Shown piece by piece: positions 1 through 9,947 of a stretch of 20,435 bases of DNA. The stretch spans positions 145,827-166,261 of the forward strand of contig RQSC01000017.1 of the NCBI GenBank assembly GCA_013416795.1, read 5' to 3'. The position numbers were made by a program, and so were the translations under genes. The notes under the pieces were generated by a model. That model searched no databases and was not told the DNA's origin. It was given only the letters and a program-made list of their open reading frames with translations. The stretch comes from Prasinococcaceae sp. CCMP 1430. Its lineage: Eukaryota; Plantae; Prasinodermophyta. Position 1 is the first letter of the stretch, and each line of letters starts with the position of its first letter.

Positions 1-1
1 G

Positions 2-175
2 GCGCGGCGCACGCGCGCGGCCGCGAGCGATGTCCACGCGCCGGCGGGCCGTGTGCAGCAGCTGATCATGTCGTGGGGGCGCCGCATGGCTGGCGTGGTC
101 GTGGGCATCGCGGCGACGGGGCCTGCCCTCGCGCTTGCTAGCGGAGGTGGCGGCGGGGGGGGCTTCTTTGGCGGC

Positions 176-208
<33 letters not shown>

Positions 209-2116
209 CTCTTCGACCTGAGCCTCGGAGGGATCGCGCGGGCCGAGGAGGAGGACGACGACGAGGACGCCGACGAGAAGTTTTTGTGCGAGGAGGTCGC
301 CACCGAGGACCTGGCGACCGGGCCAGGCGTGCCGACCAAGGCCGAGCTCTTCGATGGCCTGAACTGCCGCCCGGGCGCGATGGTCAGTCGCGCCGATCTG
401 TCTGCGGACCTCAACGTGCTGCTGCAGACGGGCCTGTTCCAGAACGTCGACGCGGACGTGCAGCCGCTGAAGGCGGGATACCGCGTGACGTTCAAGTTCC
501 AGGAGAAGATCTGGCCGGGCATGGTGTCGTTCCAGGTGGACGGCGCGACGATCCTGCCCGCCGAGATCCCGCAGGAGGTGCTCGCGGAGGCGCGCTCGCA
601 GCCGTTCACCACCGTGCAGACGCTCGCGATGGCCAAGAACAAGGTCGAGGACTGGTACCAGGAGCGTGGCTTCGTGTTCGGCACCGTGAGCTCCTTCGAC
701 GGCATGGAGACTGGACGCGTGATCGCGCACGTGACCGAGGGGCACATCAAGTCGATCCGCAACGTGTTCGTCGACGAAACGGGTGAGAACACCAGCGACG
801 AGGGGCACACGCGCCCGCACGTCATCAGCCGCGAGCTGCCCTTCAAGTCGGGGGACCTGTACAACCTGGACGACGGCAAGAAGGCGCTGCGCGACATCTT
901 CCTGCTGCAGCTTTTTGACAACGTGCAGGTGGTGCCGCGGCCGGATCAGGCGGACCCGCAGAGCGTCAACGTGGACATCATGTTGCGTGAGCGCCCCAAG
1001 AAGACGGCTGAGGTGGAGTGCGAGTGGAACGTGGCGCCCGGCGACACTGGCCGCCCGAGCCTGGTGAGCGTGCAGCCCGGCGGCACGGTCTTCTTCGAGC
1101 ACCGCAACCTGCAGGGCGAGGGTCGCCAGCTTTACGGCAGCGTGTCCACCTCGAACTTCTTCGCGCCCCAGGACGACCTCGGGTTCAAGCTTGAGTACGT
1201 CCGCCCCTATGTGCGCGGGAGCCGCGACGCCAACAAGACCAACTTCAAGCTGAGCGCGTTCAACTCGCGCAAGCTCTGCGCCGCCTTTGCGGCGGGCCCC
1301 GGTTGCGATGACGCGCCCGCCATCTGGGTGGACCGCGCGGGTGCCAAGGCCGCCGTCACGGAGAACTACTCGTCGCAGAGCCGGGGCTCGCTGGGCCTCG
1401 TGCTCGAGGAGATCACCACGCGCGACGAGGCGGGTCAGGTGTGCGGCGAGGCGGCGCGCCAGCCCGCGCAGGGGCGCCCGCCGGTGGCTGGTGGCCCGCC
1501 TACCACGCTGTCGCCGAGCGGTACCGACCGCATGTTGTTCCTGCAGGGCGCGATCACCCGCGACAACACCAAGTTCATCAACGGCGCACAGGTGGGCGCG
1601 CGTGACAGCCTGCAGGTGGAGCAAGGCCTGGGCCCGCTCGGCGGCGGCGCGCTTTTCAACCGCCACCAGGCGAGCATGACGCGCTTCGTGCAGCTCCGGA
1701 AGCCAGGTCGGCGCTCGGATCTCCCGCCGCCGGTGCTCGTGGCGCACGGCACGTACGCGGGCGCGGTGGGCGACCTGCCCGCGTACGATACCTTCACGCT
1801 GGGCGGCCCATACTCGGTGCGCGCGTACAACGTTGGCGAGCTGGGCGCGTGCCGCCGCAAGCTCGAGGTGGGCGCCGAGCTGCGCGTGCCGCTTCCGTAC
1901 CTCAAGTCGCACGGCTACGTGTTCTACGAGAAGGGCAGTGACCTCGGCTCCTCGAAGGAGGTGCGCGGCAACCCGACCGAGTATTTCCGCAGGGTGGGTT
2001 CGGGCTCCACCTACGGCGCCGGTGCCGTGCTCGGCACTGTGCGCGCGGAGTGGGCAGTGGACGCTAACGCTGGCAAGGGCGCGCTGCATCTGCGGTTCGG
2101 AAGCTCGCGCTACTAG
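2..2116 (+). CDS. TOC75: Chloroplast outer-envelope protein import channel Toc75 (Omp85/BamA family), 5' partial, intronless in window
   Basis: Frame is open from the left edge (no stop in 2-52; first in-frame ATG at 68), so the transit peptide probably starts outside the window. Poly-Gly tract followed by an acidic stretch is the Toc75 envelope-sorting signal. Close matches to plant Toc75-III motifs: QPGGTVFFEHRNL, SNFFAPQDDLGFKLEY, FNSRKL, IWVDRAG, EEITTRDE, GPPTTLS, ITRDNTKF, GDLPAYDTFTLGGPYSVR, DLGSSKEVRGNPT, LRFGSSRY*. Stop TAG 2114-2116. Confidence 0.95.
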
Positions 2117-2201
2117 CTCTGGTGGAGGCCCGCCGCAGCAAGGCACATCTCCTGGCTGGCATGGCGCCACGCCCGCAGGCGCCCGTGCGCTTCGCTGCCG
2201 C

Positions 2202-2206
2202 TGTAA
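2202..2206 (+). promoter_or_regulatory. Candidate TGTAA polyadenylation signal for TOC75
   Basis: TGTAA lies 86 nt after the stop. UGUAA is the known chlorophyte poly(A) signal, but it is not seen behind every gene in this window. Confidence 0.35.
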
Positions 2207-2558
2207 GCACTGGGCTCACGCCTGCTTCGACATCTCCCACTGTTGGCGCTGCCCGCACGCGCGCGCGTCGTTGCGCTCCCCCTGGCCGTGCAAACAATCT
2301 GATGCCGTTGCCAATGCCGACGCCATGCGCCGCCGACGCCGATGCCTCGGTTAAATCCGTTCGGGTGGCACCTGTGCCTGGCGAGGCCTTCTTCTCGGCC
2401 AGGAAAAAAGAAACGGCTCCATGGACGCAGCCGCTGAGCTGGCGCAGCGGCGGCGCCACTCCGCACCGGAGCACATGCTCCCCCCGGCCGGGCGCCGCGC
2501 TGCGCTCGGGCGCAGGTCTCATTGACGCACGCACGCGCTCACGCCACCGGCGGCCGCC

Positions 2559-3470
2559 ATGTCGGCCATCTGTCATTGGCGGGCGCGAGCACTGCCCGCG
2601 GCGGCGGCGGCGCGCGTCGTGCGCGCGGTCGCTGCGCACGCTGCGGGCGCACCGGCTTCCAGCGAGCTGCTCGTGAAGCGCGAGGCGGTCGTGGGCGGCG
2701 AGGTGGCGGTGCTCACGATGGACAGGCCGAAGGCCAAGAACGCCATCGGGCGTCAGCTGCTTGAGTCGTTGCGCAGCGAGCTGCTCGCGGTCGCGGCTGC
2801 ACCAGTCGCCAAGCGCCCCCGCGCGGTGGTGCTCCGCTCGGCCGTTGCTGGTACATTCTGCGCCGGCGCTGACCTGCGCGAGCGCAGGACCATGACGCCG
2901 GACGAGGCGCGGAAGTTCGTGGACACGCTACGCGACACATTTACGCTACTTGCGGGCTTGCCCGTGCCCACCGTCGCGACCGTCGACGGGTATGCGCTCG
3001 GCGGCGGCTTTGAGATGGCGCTCGCGTGCGACGCTGTCGTCGCGGGCTCCGGCGCAGTCTTCGGCCTACCGGAAACGGGCCTCGGGATTATTCCGGGGGC
3101 GGGCGGTACGCAGCGACTTGCTCGCCGGGTAGGGGTGATGCGTGCCAAGGAGATGGTGCTCACCGGCAGGCGCTTCGGCGCACAAGAGGCGCTTGACGCG
3201 GGTGTGGCTACCGAGGCGGCGATTGGCGGCGCCGGCAGCGAATGCGCCGATGCGGCAGCGATGGCGCTCGCCGAGCGCATCGCGCGCCACAGCGCGCCGC
3301 TCGCAGCAGCGGCCGCAAAACGCGCCATTGACGGCGGCGCTGAGCTGGAGATCAGCGAGGGCTTCGAGCTCGAGCGCGAGTGCTATGAGACCCTGCTCGG
3401 GACGGAGGACAGGCTCGAGGCGCTCGCCGCCTTTGCCGAGAAGCGCAGGCCCGAGTTTCAGGGAAAGTGA
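2559..3470 (+). CDS. Enoyl-CoA hydratase/isomerase (crotonase) family, methylglutaconyl-CoA hydratase (AUH)-like, probable mitochondrial presequence
   Basis: gccATG start. Motifs FCAGADLRER, ALGGGFEMALACD and FGLPETGLGIIPGAGGTQRL (both catalytic Glu present). C-terminus EDRLEALAAFAEKRRPEFQGK resembles AUH. N-terminus is Arg/Ala-rich and acid-poor. Confidence 0.92.
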   Translation: MSAICHWRARALPAAAAARVVRAVAAHAAGAPASSELLVKREAVVGGEVAVLTMDRPKAKNAIGRQLLESLRSELLAVAAAPVAKRPRAVVLRSAVAGTFCAGADLRERRTMTPDEARKFVDTLRDTFTLLAGLPVPTVATVDGYALGGGFEMALACDAVVAGSGAVFGLPETGLGIIPGAGGTQRLARRVGVMRAKEMVLTGRRFGAQEALDAGVATEAAIGGAGSECADAAAMALAERIARHSAPLAAAAAKRAIDGGAELEISEGFELERECYETLLGTEDRLEALAAFAEKRRPEFQGK

Positions 3471-3543
3471 GTGCGGCGTTGCCCGCTCGCGTGCGCGCGT
3501 GCCGCGTGCTCTCTCAGCCTGTGTGTACTGCTGGTGGGCTCAA

Positions 3544-4173
3544 TTAATAAGAGACGGCTTTGCTCCCTACTTCGACGTCGGACTCTTGGGCGACGGGGCG
3601 ACGTCTCCTTGGGTGAAGGTGCCCGCAGGCGGCACCGCAGGTCCACGTGACCGTGAGCGGGCCGCGCCGGACGCGCAAAGCGACGGCGTAGGCGAGGACG
3701 ACGACGAGGTACACATATGTGCAGATGACGAGCTTCGCAATCTCGAACTCGGCACGCGTGCAGCACGACGTCCTCATTCTGATCCACTGCTTGACGTCGT
3801 GGTGGGCCCGGTCGATGACTTTCGTCCCGAAGCTGTACGTACCGGCGTAAAGAATGTAAGGGCACCGGTGCCAGAGGCCTACGAGTGGAAGGACCATCGT
3901 GCCGTACAGGATCATCGTGTCCGTGATGCCGACGTCCGTGCGGATGAGGACCCAGCACAGGTGCTTGAGGAGCGTGCAGCCGATTGCGATGCACCCGACG
4001 TATGAATTGTGTGCAATAGCACACAGGAGGACTGCGAGGAGCACCGTGCCGATTGCCGTCTCCCTTATCGCGTCGTCTGTGGCGCGGAGGCCTGGAGCGT
4101 GTCCTGAGGCCCACCCCGCGAAGCATAGAGCGAAATGTATGAGCAAAGCGGCGAGATGTTTCCTGTTCGCCAT
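3544..4173 (-). CDS. Hypothetical multi-pass membrane protein (~209 aa from ATG 4173; frame open to ~4506 so true start uncertain)
   Basis: MANRKHLAALLIHFALCFAGW..., about 5-6 hydrophobic segments. G/C-ending codons on the minus strand (CTC GTC GTC GTC CTC GCC TAC). The overlapping + ORF 3142-4005 has the D/V/E-rich composition of an antisense shadow. No family recognised. Confidence 0.65.
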   Translation of the reverse strand: MANRKHLAALLIHFALCFAGWASGHAPGLRATDDAIRETAIGTVLLAVLLCAIAHNSYVGCIAIGCTLLKHLCWVLIRTDVGITDTMILYGTMVLPLVGLWHRCPYILYAGTYSFGTKVIDRAHHDVKQWIRMRTSCCTRAEFEIAKLVICTYVYLVVVLAYAVALRVRRGPLTVTWTCGAACGHLHPRRRRPVAQESDVEVGSKAVSY

Positions 4174-4957
4174 GCATTCAAGCCCGAGGGGCACCTTGGT
4201 CGGACACAGATGGATCGCTTCCACGACGGTCAACCGCCTGGGCGCTCGTCGAGAGACCTCCGAGGAGCGCCACGACAGAGACGCAACAGCGAAGCCTGCT
4301 CCGGCCGCCAGCGCCGCTCCGCGCTGTCTCCTCACGACCTCCCCAACGTCGCGGGCCCTTCGAGCGCAGGCAGCGGCCCCTCCACGCGCCCTCCGCGCGC
4401 TCCGCGCGCGGCGGCGAGCCCCGCGCCCCCGCGCACCTCCGCGCGCGCGCGCGCTCTGGGTGCGCCGCGGCGCGAGGCTCCTCCCCCTCGCACCCGCGTG
4501 TGCCACCGCGGGAGTGCCACCCCCGGGGTGGGCACTCCTGGTTCACAGTACACTGTACATGCACTGGACGCATTGGTTAGCAGCAGACCCTACTATGGAG
4601 CATGTATCCTAATGTTGTTTGGGTTTTAGTTGACGTACCATCAGATGGTACAGATGGTGTATGCTCGTGTTCGTTGCGTTCGTTCGCGGCCGCGTTCCCC
4701 GTTCGTTCCGGTCAGCGCGCGGGCGACGACGAGGCGCGGCGCGGCGCGGCGCGATGGCGGTGCAGGGGCACAGCTTCAGAGGACTGGAACGGACCGCGGA
4801 CCGGAACGGCGCGCACAGGGGTGACGACGGGGCGAGCCACGCAGCGCGGCGCGGCGGCGCGCGGAGCGGAGCACGGCGGCGCGGCCTGGCACGGCGCGGG
4901 CCGTGGCGTGGGCCACTAGGGACAGCGGGCACGCCCATCCCCGCCCCGCCTGCAGCC

Positions 4958-5114
4958 ATGGGGAGGCGCGAACGCCTCGCGCAGATGCTCGAGGTGGAGA
5001 ACGCCAAGGAGAAGGTGGGTGGGCGCTGCGCGGTGCCCCGCGCTGTGCGGCGGGCGAGTTGAAAATCACATTCGCGCGCGCACGGCACATGAAGGGGAGC
5101 GCGCAAGGGGGAAG

Positions 5115-5145
<31 letters not shown>

Positions 5146-5199
5146 CGGGGGGAACAAAGGGTGTGCAGGCGGCCTCGTCCTCGCAAGCCCGAGTCCGCA

Positions 5200-5249
<50 letters not shown>

Positions 5250-6823
5250 CGCGGGGAACAAAGGGTGTGCAGGCGGCCTCGTCCTCGCAAGCCCGAGTCC
5301 GCGCGCGCGTTTGAGATGGGCCCGTGGATCACGCACGCCCGAGATGCTGGGCGCGCCTCGCCACACACTAGACGCATGCCAACACCGCAGCTGTTGACCC
5401 TGCTGCCCGCATGTGCACTCGCACGTGTGCATGTATCCGGCCCGTGCTTGCACCTTCCCCTCGCCCCCTTGCCCTACAGGTGGTTCGCAAGAACGCGACC
5501 CCCGCCAAGCTGCGCTCGCTGCTGCTCGATTTACCCGAGCGCGTCGGACCCGAGAGCTGCGGGGGCGCTGGGGTTGCTGGTGCGTCCGCTGAGGCGCTAA
5601 AGCGTCAGCAGCGCTCGCAGCGTTCCGCGCGCTCGGCGCCCAGTGCGACAAGCAGCGGCGGCGGTAGCAAAGCCGCGAGTGCCCGCGGCAGCACCGACGC
5701 TGGCGTCTTTGGGTCGTGTGCACAGGGCCGGCTGCGCGGCGTCAGCGGCGTCACGCCCATCGGCGCTGCCGCGTCTGCAGACAACAACTGGGGCAAGCTC
5801 GCGCAGTTTGAGGCTGCGGCGTTCATCGAGGAGCGGCAAATGGCGCGACAGGCTGCGCGTGAGCAGGTCCGCGAGCAACGTCGTTTTCTTGACCAGCAGC
5901 GCGAGAGCGCCGCGCAGGAGCGAGAGGCGACGCGGCGGCGTGCGCAGCTGGAGGCTGAGGACATGCTGGAGGAGGTACGCAAATGGGGCGAGGATCAGCG
6001 CAGCAAGCAGGCCAAGGCGTCCGAACACAATCGCCACGTCAAAGACCTCATCACCTCGCAGCGCACTGAGCGCTTGCGGCGCCAAGCTCAGGACAAGGCG
6101 CGGCGCAAGGCGGAAGAGGCGGCCGAGGTGATCGAGGTGGAGAAAGCTCTTCAGGCGGAACGCGTGCGCAAGGAAAAGCGTCGTGAAGACAAGCTCCGCG
6201 AGATGATTAGTATGCGCGCCGAGAACGAGGAGCGCCTTGCGGCGCGCCGCGAGGCGGACGTCCGTGAGAAGGAGCGTGACGTAGCTATGGCGGCGGCATA
6301 CGAGGCGATGCTCGACAAACAGGAGAAAGACCGCTCCGATAGGCTGCGCGCGCAGGCTGAACGCGTACAGAAGCTCATGGACCTTGGAAGCTCGGCCGTG
6401 CGTGACAAGGCCGCGAGGGACGAGGCTCAGGACAAGTGGATAGCCGATGGCGCGGCAGATCAGCTGAAGCGCGAGCAGGAGCGGGAGCGCGCGAGGCTGG
6501 AGAAGGCACGCCTCGCCACGATCGAGCAGATGAAGGGGCTCAACAAGCAGATGGAGGAGAAGAGGAAGATAGCGGAAGAGAACGCACGCACAGAGGCATT
6601 TTGGAAGCAGGAGGTCATGCGCCAGGACGAGTCCGACCGTCGCAAGGAGGAGACCAAGAAGGAGATGCGGCGCCGTGCTGCTCTGCGCAACCGTGCGGAC
6701 ATCGAGGCACAGATCGCCGAGGCAAACAGGCGCGTGGCTCAGGAGAAGATCGCCATGACCGATACCGAGAAGGCGCTCAACTCGGCGCTTCTCGAGGCGG
6801 CCGCGCTCGTTGCGGGAGAATAG
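4958..6823 (+). CDS. Long coiled-coil protein, trichohyalin-plectin-homology (TPH)-like, possibly a flagellar/centriolar microtubule-associated protein; exons 4958-5014 and 5480-6823 (~466 aa)
   Basis: gccATG 4958 gives MGRRERLAQMLEVENAKEK, then donor AAG|GTGGGT at 5015 and acceptor ccctacAG at 5478-5479 (phase 0, frames join). Exon 2 has ~350 aa of E/R/K/Q/A helical sequence starting NWGKLAQFEAAAFIEERQ...QRRFLDQQ, a pattern typical of TPH-type ciliary proteins. The family assignment is inference. Confidence 0.75.
5015..5479 (+). other. Spliceosomal GT-AG intron containing poly-G tracts and a 50-bp duplication
   Basis: GT at 5015, AG at 5478-5479, pyrimidine-rich run 5455-5477 before the AG. 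Confidence 0.8.
5116..5302 (+). repeat. Poly-G (5116-5145, 30 G; 5200-5249, 50 G), each followed by an identical 50-bp unit (5149-5198, 5253-5302)
   Basis: Unit ggggaacaaagggtgtgcaggcggcctcgtcctcgcaagcccgagtccgc is read twice with no mismatches. Confidence 0.9.
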
Positions 6824-7161
6824 TCACCACTAGACTAAGCGCTTTCAAAGCGCCTGGGAAGTTGGCTGCTAGGTGTTGTAGCACACTGACACATCACGCC
6901 CAAACCTGCTCGAGACCGTTCCGCTGGCGCCGCCCGCGCCCATCCGCTGGGGCAATGCACGACTGGTCCAATAGTGCGCACGTCTACGCTTCGCACGGGA
7001 AGATGTTCAGTGCATCACGCGTGCTGGAACGGCAACTGTCACCACGGTTTCGCCGGCCCGCGCGTGCCCAATAGCTCTGATACAAGCTGGGAAACACAGT
7101 TTAGCCGTACCTCTCTGCTAGACTTGTCTCTAGACTTGACTACTGACTAGACTAGCTAAAG

Positions 7162-9498
7162 CTATGAACGCTCCTTGCACTCACCACCCTTGCTCTCAGA
7201 ATTGGTCTTCCTCTTCTTCTTCTTCTTCTTCTTGCTCTTGCTCTTCTTCCACTTGCATGCCTTCTTCCCGCCCTTCCGGCGTGCAGTGCATTCGCTTTTG
7301 CTGGTCAAAGTTGCACAAAAGGCTTTGTACGAGGGCTGGCACTTCCCGCCGCTGTACTTGCACTCACCGGCGCCACTGCCGCTCAACGACTTGCATGCGC
7401 TTTTGGATTTTGCTCGACGGCAATTGTTCAAGCATGCTTTCGCTTTCTTGTGGTACTTGCACCTGTCACCCACCTCGCACAGGTCCTTGCCCTCGGCCGA
7501 GAGCGCGAGGCATTCCGTTGGCGGTTGCTGAGAGCCAAAATCAGTGTCTGTGGCGGCGACGCTCTCTGACACCGGCTGTGGGGAGAGTGGCGGCTGCGTG
7601 TGCACTATCGACTGTCGGTTCGGTGGAGGGGGGGGTCGCAAAGGGGGAGGACTCGGCGGAGGCGGGCTTGGCGATGGAGGGCTTGGCTTTGGGCTTGGCG
7701 GTGGAGTGCTTGGGCTTGGCGGGCTTTCGCAATCGAGCCTGCAGCTCCCACTCTGATAGAGCGTGGGGCATGCGCTGCCGCGGTAGCGTGGCGAAATCAG
7801 GATCCTCCGCTCGCGGTAGCGGATCCCAAGTGTGGCTCCATTTCCGCACTGGCCTGAACATGCGCTCCACGCGTCCCAGGCACTTACCACGCAGTCGACG
7901 GCCTTCTGTTCCGCCGTCAAGTGGCGACCCCACGCGAAGTCACCACCGCGCGAACGGTCGGAGTCCGCCACAGAGGACGCCCACGCGCGCAGCGCGGTGG
8001 GGTCGATGTCGCCGACGCCGTCATCCAAGCTGCCATCGGCGCCTTCGAGCTCGTGAGCGCGCGCTCGCAATGTCACCGGCAGGGTCGCAAGCTGCGAGTG
8101 TTGCGGGAGTGACCCGTCGGGGACCCGCGCCCGCGCGAAGGCATCCGCGCCACTAGTGTCGGCCACGTCTGCGCCCTCGGCGAGCACGCGCTCGAGCACC
8201 TCGTCGAGCAGGCCATCGAAGAGCGCCTCATGGGGTGCGGAGCTACCGACAAGATTAGGAGCAGCGTTCACTTCAGTAAGCATCGCACGGAGCCCCGCGC
8301 ACCCACCAACGCTGACGCTAGTCCCGTCGTCCCCGCGCACGCCCTCCGTGGCGAGGATGAAATCGAGGCGGAGGAGCTCGAAGCTTCGGAGCGGGGCTTT
8401 AGCTGCATCGGTGTTGGCGTCAGTGTGCCCCCCGAGGACATCGACAGCGCCTGCAACGGCCGTCACGGCGGCCTCCACGCCCTTCCAAAGCGCGACCACG
8501 TCGCCTGCGCTGCATGCCAGGTCCCGCGAAATCAATGCCTCGAGCGCTGCGCGCGCAGAGTGCGCGGCGCCAAGCGCGCCGAGCGGGGGCACGTCCCACG
8601 CTGCGACATACTCGTGGCCGACAGTGCCATTCTCGCCCCGCTGCGTGGCGAACCGCAGGAGCACTTCGCCGTAAGCGGAAGCTCGCACGCGCGCGTGCTC
8701 TGCTTGGCCGCCACCACGCTGCAGCAGCACGTACACGCCCATGTCAAAGGCGCGCCCATCGATGTGCACTGCGTGCCGCGCGATCGAGCGCTGAGCGACT
8801 CCGCCCGAGTCAAAGTGCGCGCGCAACGTAGGAGCGTCTAGGGCGAAGGCGCGTTCGCGTTCTGAGTTGCTATTTGCGGTCTCCACAGCGGGACGAAGCT
8901 CCCCAGCGCTCCCGCGAGCGCCCCCGCGGATGCCCTCAGCCGCCTCGCCGGACGGCCAGAAGCGCACGCTGCCGTGAGTGGGTGCTTTGAGCACCCACGC
9001 GTCGCTGCCCCCCTGCGCCTCACCAGTACGCGTGCGGGCCCGCGCGGCCTCGAGAGCCTCCAGGGAGTCGACCTGCGCAGGCACGAAGTCCCAGTCGAGC
9101 ACGTTCGCGAGTTGTCCGAGCCGCGCCTTCGAGCCGACCCACTCGACGCCATCCACAAAGTTCCGCTGCGACCAATCAAGCGGCGGCGCATCGTCGCTGC
9201 CGGCGACGCGCAGCAGCGCCTCGCCGTGTGGGCTGTCGACGGTGTCGGTGCTCCACAGTGCGCAACCCCTTGCCGCGTCGACGTCCACAGGGGGGTGGAC
9301 GACTGCAGCGCCGCGGCGCTTGAGCGCTCTCTCGACAGCTCCTAGACCAGCGCCTGACACGACTACGCACGGCTGCCGGAGCGCATCTGCACCTGCAGCC
9401 GCCGGCGCCGCATCCACCACCGCGCCGGCCGCGAGCAGCAGCCCTGCCGCGGCCGCGGCCGCAGCCGTAGCCCCGCGCTTCCTCCCAGCCGCAGACAT
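7162..9498 (-). CDS. Tubulin-tyrosine-ligase-like (TTLL) ATP-grasp protein with N-terminal signal peptide/anchor, TSP1 repeat, Ser/Pro-rich linker and Cys/Lys-rich C-terminus (778 aa, intronless)
   Basis: TTL motifs WVLK(AP), IDGRAFDMGVYVL, FELLRLDFIL, LTEVNAAPNL. TSP1: DCVVSAWDAWSACSGQCG..RYRERRIL..P..RGSACP (~7729-7896). SPPPP-type linker ~7620-7725. N-terminus MSAAGRKRGATAAAAAAAGLLLAAGAVVDA. Confidence 0.8.
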   Translation of the reverse strand: MSAAGRKRGATAAAAAAAGLLLAAGAVVDAAPAAAGADALRQPCVVVSGAGLGAVERALKRRGAAVVHPPVDVDAARGCALWSTDTVDSPHGEALLRVAGSDDAPPLDWSQRNFVDGVEWVGSKARLGQLANVLDWDFVPAQVDSLEALEAARARTRTGEAQGGSDAWVLKAPTHGSVRFWPSGEAAEGIRGGARGSAGELRPAVETANSNSERERAFALDAPTLRAHFDSGGVAQRSIARHAVHIDGRAFDMGVYVLLQRGGGQAEHARVRASAYGEVLLRFATQRGENGTVGHEYVAAWDVPPLGALGAAHSARAALEALISRDLACSAGDVVALWKGVEAAVTAVAGAVDVLGGHTDANTDAAKAPLRSFELLRLDFILATEGVRGDDGTSVSVGGCAGLRAMLTEVNAAPNLVGSSAPHEALFDGLLDEVLERVLAEGADVADTSGADAFARARVPDGSLPQHSQLATLPVTLRARAHELEGADGSLDDGVGDIDPTALRAWASSVADSDRSRGGDFAWGRHLTAEQKAVDCVVSAWDAWSACSGQCGNGATLGIRYRERRILISPRYRGSACPTLYQSGSCRLDCESPPSPSTPPPSPKPSPPSPSPPPPSPPPLRPPPPPNRQSIVHTQPPLSPQPVSESVAATDTDFGSQQPPTECLALSAEGKDLCEVGDRCKYHKKAKACLNNCRRAKSKSACKSLSGSGAGECKYSGGKCQPSYKAFCATLTSKSECTARRKGGKKACKWKKSKSKKKKKKKRKTNSESKGGECKERS

Positions 9499-9536
9499 CG
9501 CCCCCGCCCCTCACCGCGGCGGTGGGGCCGCGCCGC

Positions 9537-9874
9537 NNNNNNNNNNNNNNNNNNNNNNNNNNNNNNNNNNNNNNNNNNNNNNNNNNNNNNNNNNNNNNNN
9601 NNNNNNNNNNNNNNNNNNNNNNNNNNNNNNNNNNNNNNNNNNNNNNNNNNNNNNNNNNNNNNNNNNNNNNNNNNNNNNNNNNNNNNNNNNNNNNNNNNNN
9701 NNNNNNNNNNNNNNNNNNNNNNNNNNNNNNNNNNNNNNNNNNNNNNNNNNNNNNNNNNNNNNNNNNNNNNNNNNNNNNNNNNNNNNNNNNNNNNNNNNNN
9801 NNNNNNNNNNNNNNNNNNNNNNNNNNNNNNNNNNNNNNNNNNNNNNNNNNNNNNNNNNNNNNNNNNNNNNNNNN
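9537..9874. other. Assembly gap (338 N) in the divergent promoter between the TTLL-like gene and LCB1
   Basis: Run of n from 9537 to 9874. Confidence 1.
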
Positions 9875-9947
9875 TCGCCCGCGGGCGTGGGGGTGGGGGG
9901 AGGAGGGGCGCGCGCGCGCGTGCGCGCGCGCGGCAGCGGCAGCGGCG

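Noticed and set aside
2064-2676. ORFs between TOC75 and the hydratase (2122-2676 +, 2064-2639 -)
   Set aside because: Low-complexity R/A/P composition, overlap with both neighbours and no motifs. The region is better explained as UTR and promoter.
3142-4005. 287-aa plus-strand ORF overlapping the hydratase end
   Set aside because: Out-of-frame overlap plus antisense shadow of the minus-strand membrane gene.
4609-5723. Poly-Pro/poly-Gly ORFs suggesting an extensin or glycine-rich protein
   Set aside because: They derive from intronic poly-G homopolymers.
7164-8841. Long plus-strand ORFs (7164-8156, 8156-8674, 8230-8841) opposite the TTLL-like gene
   Set aside because: Antisense shadows of a GC-rich CDS, with no motifs.
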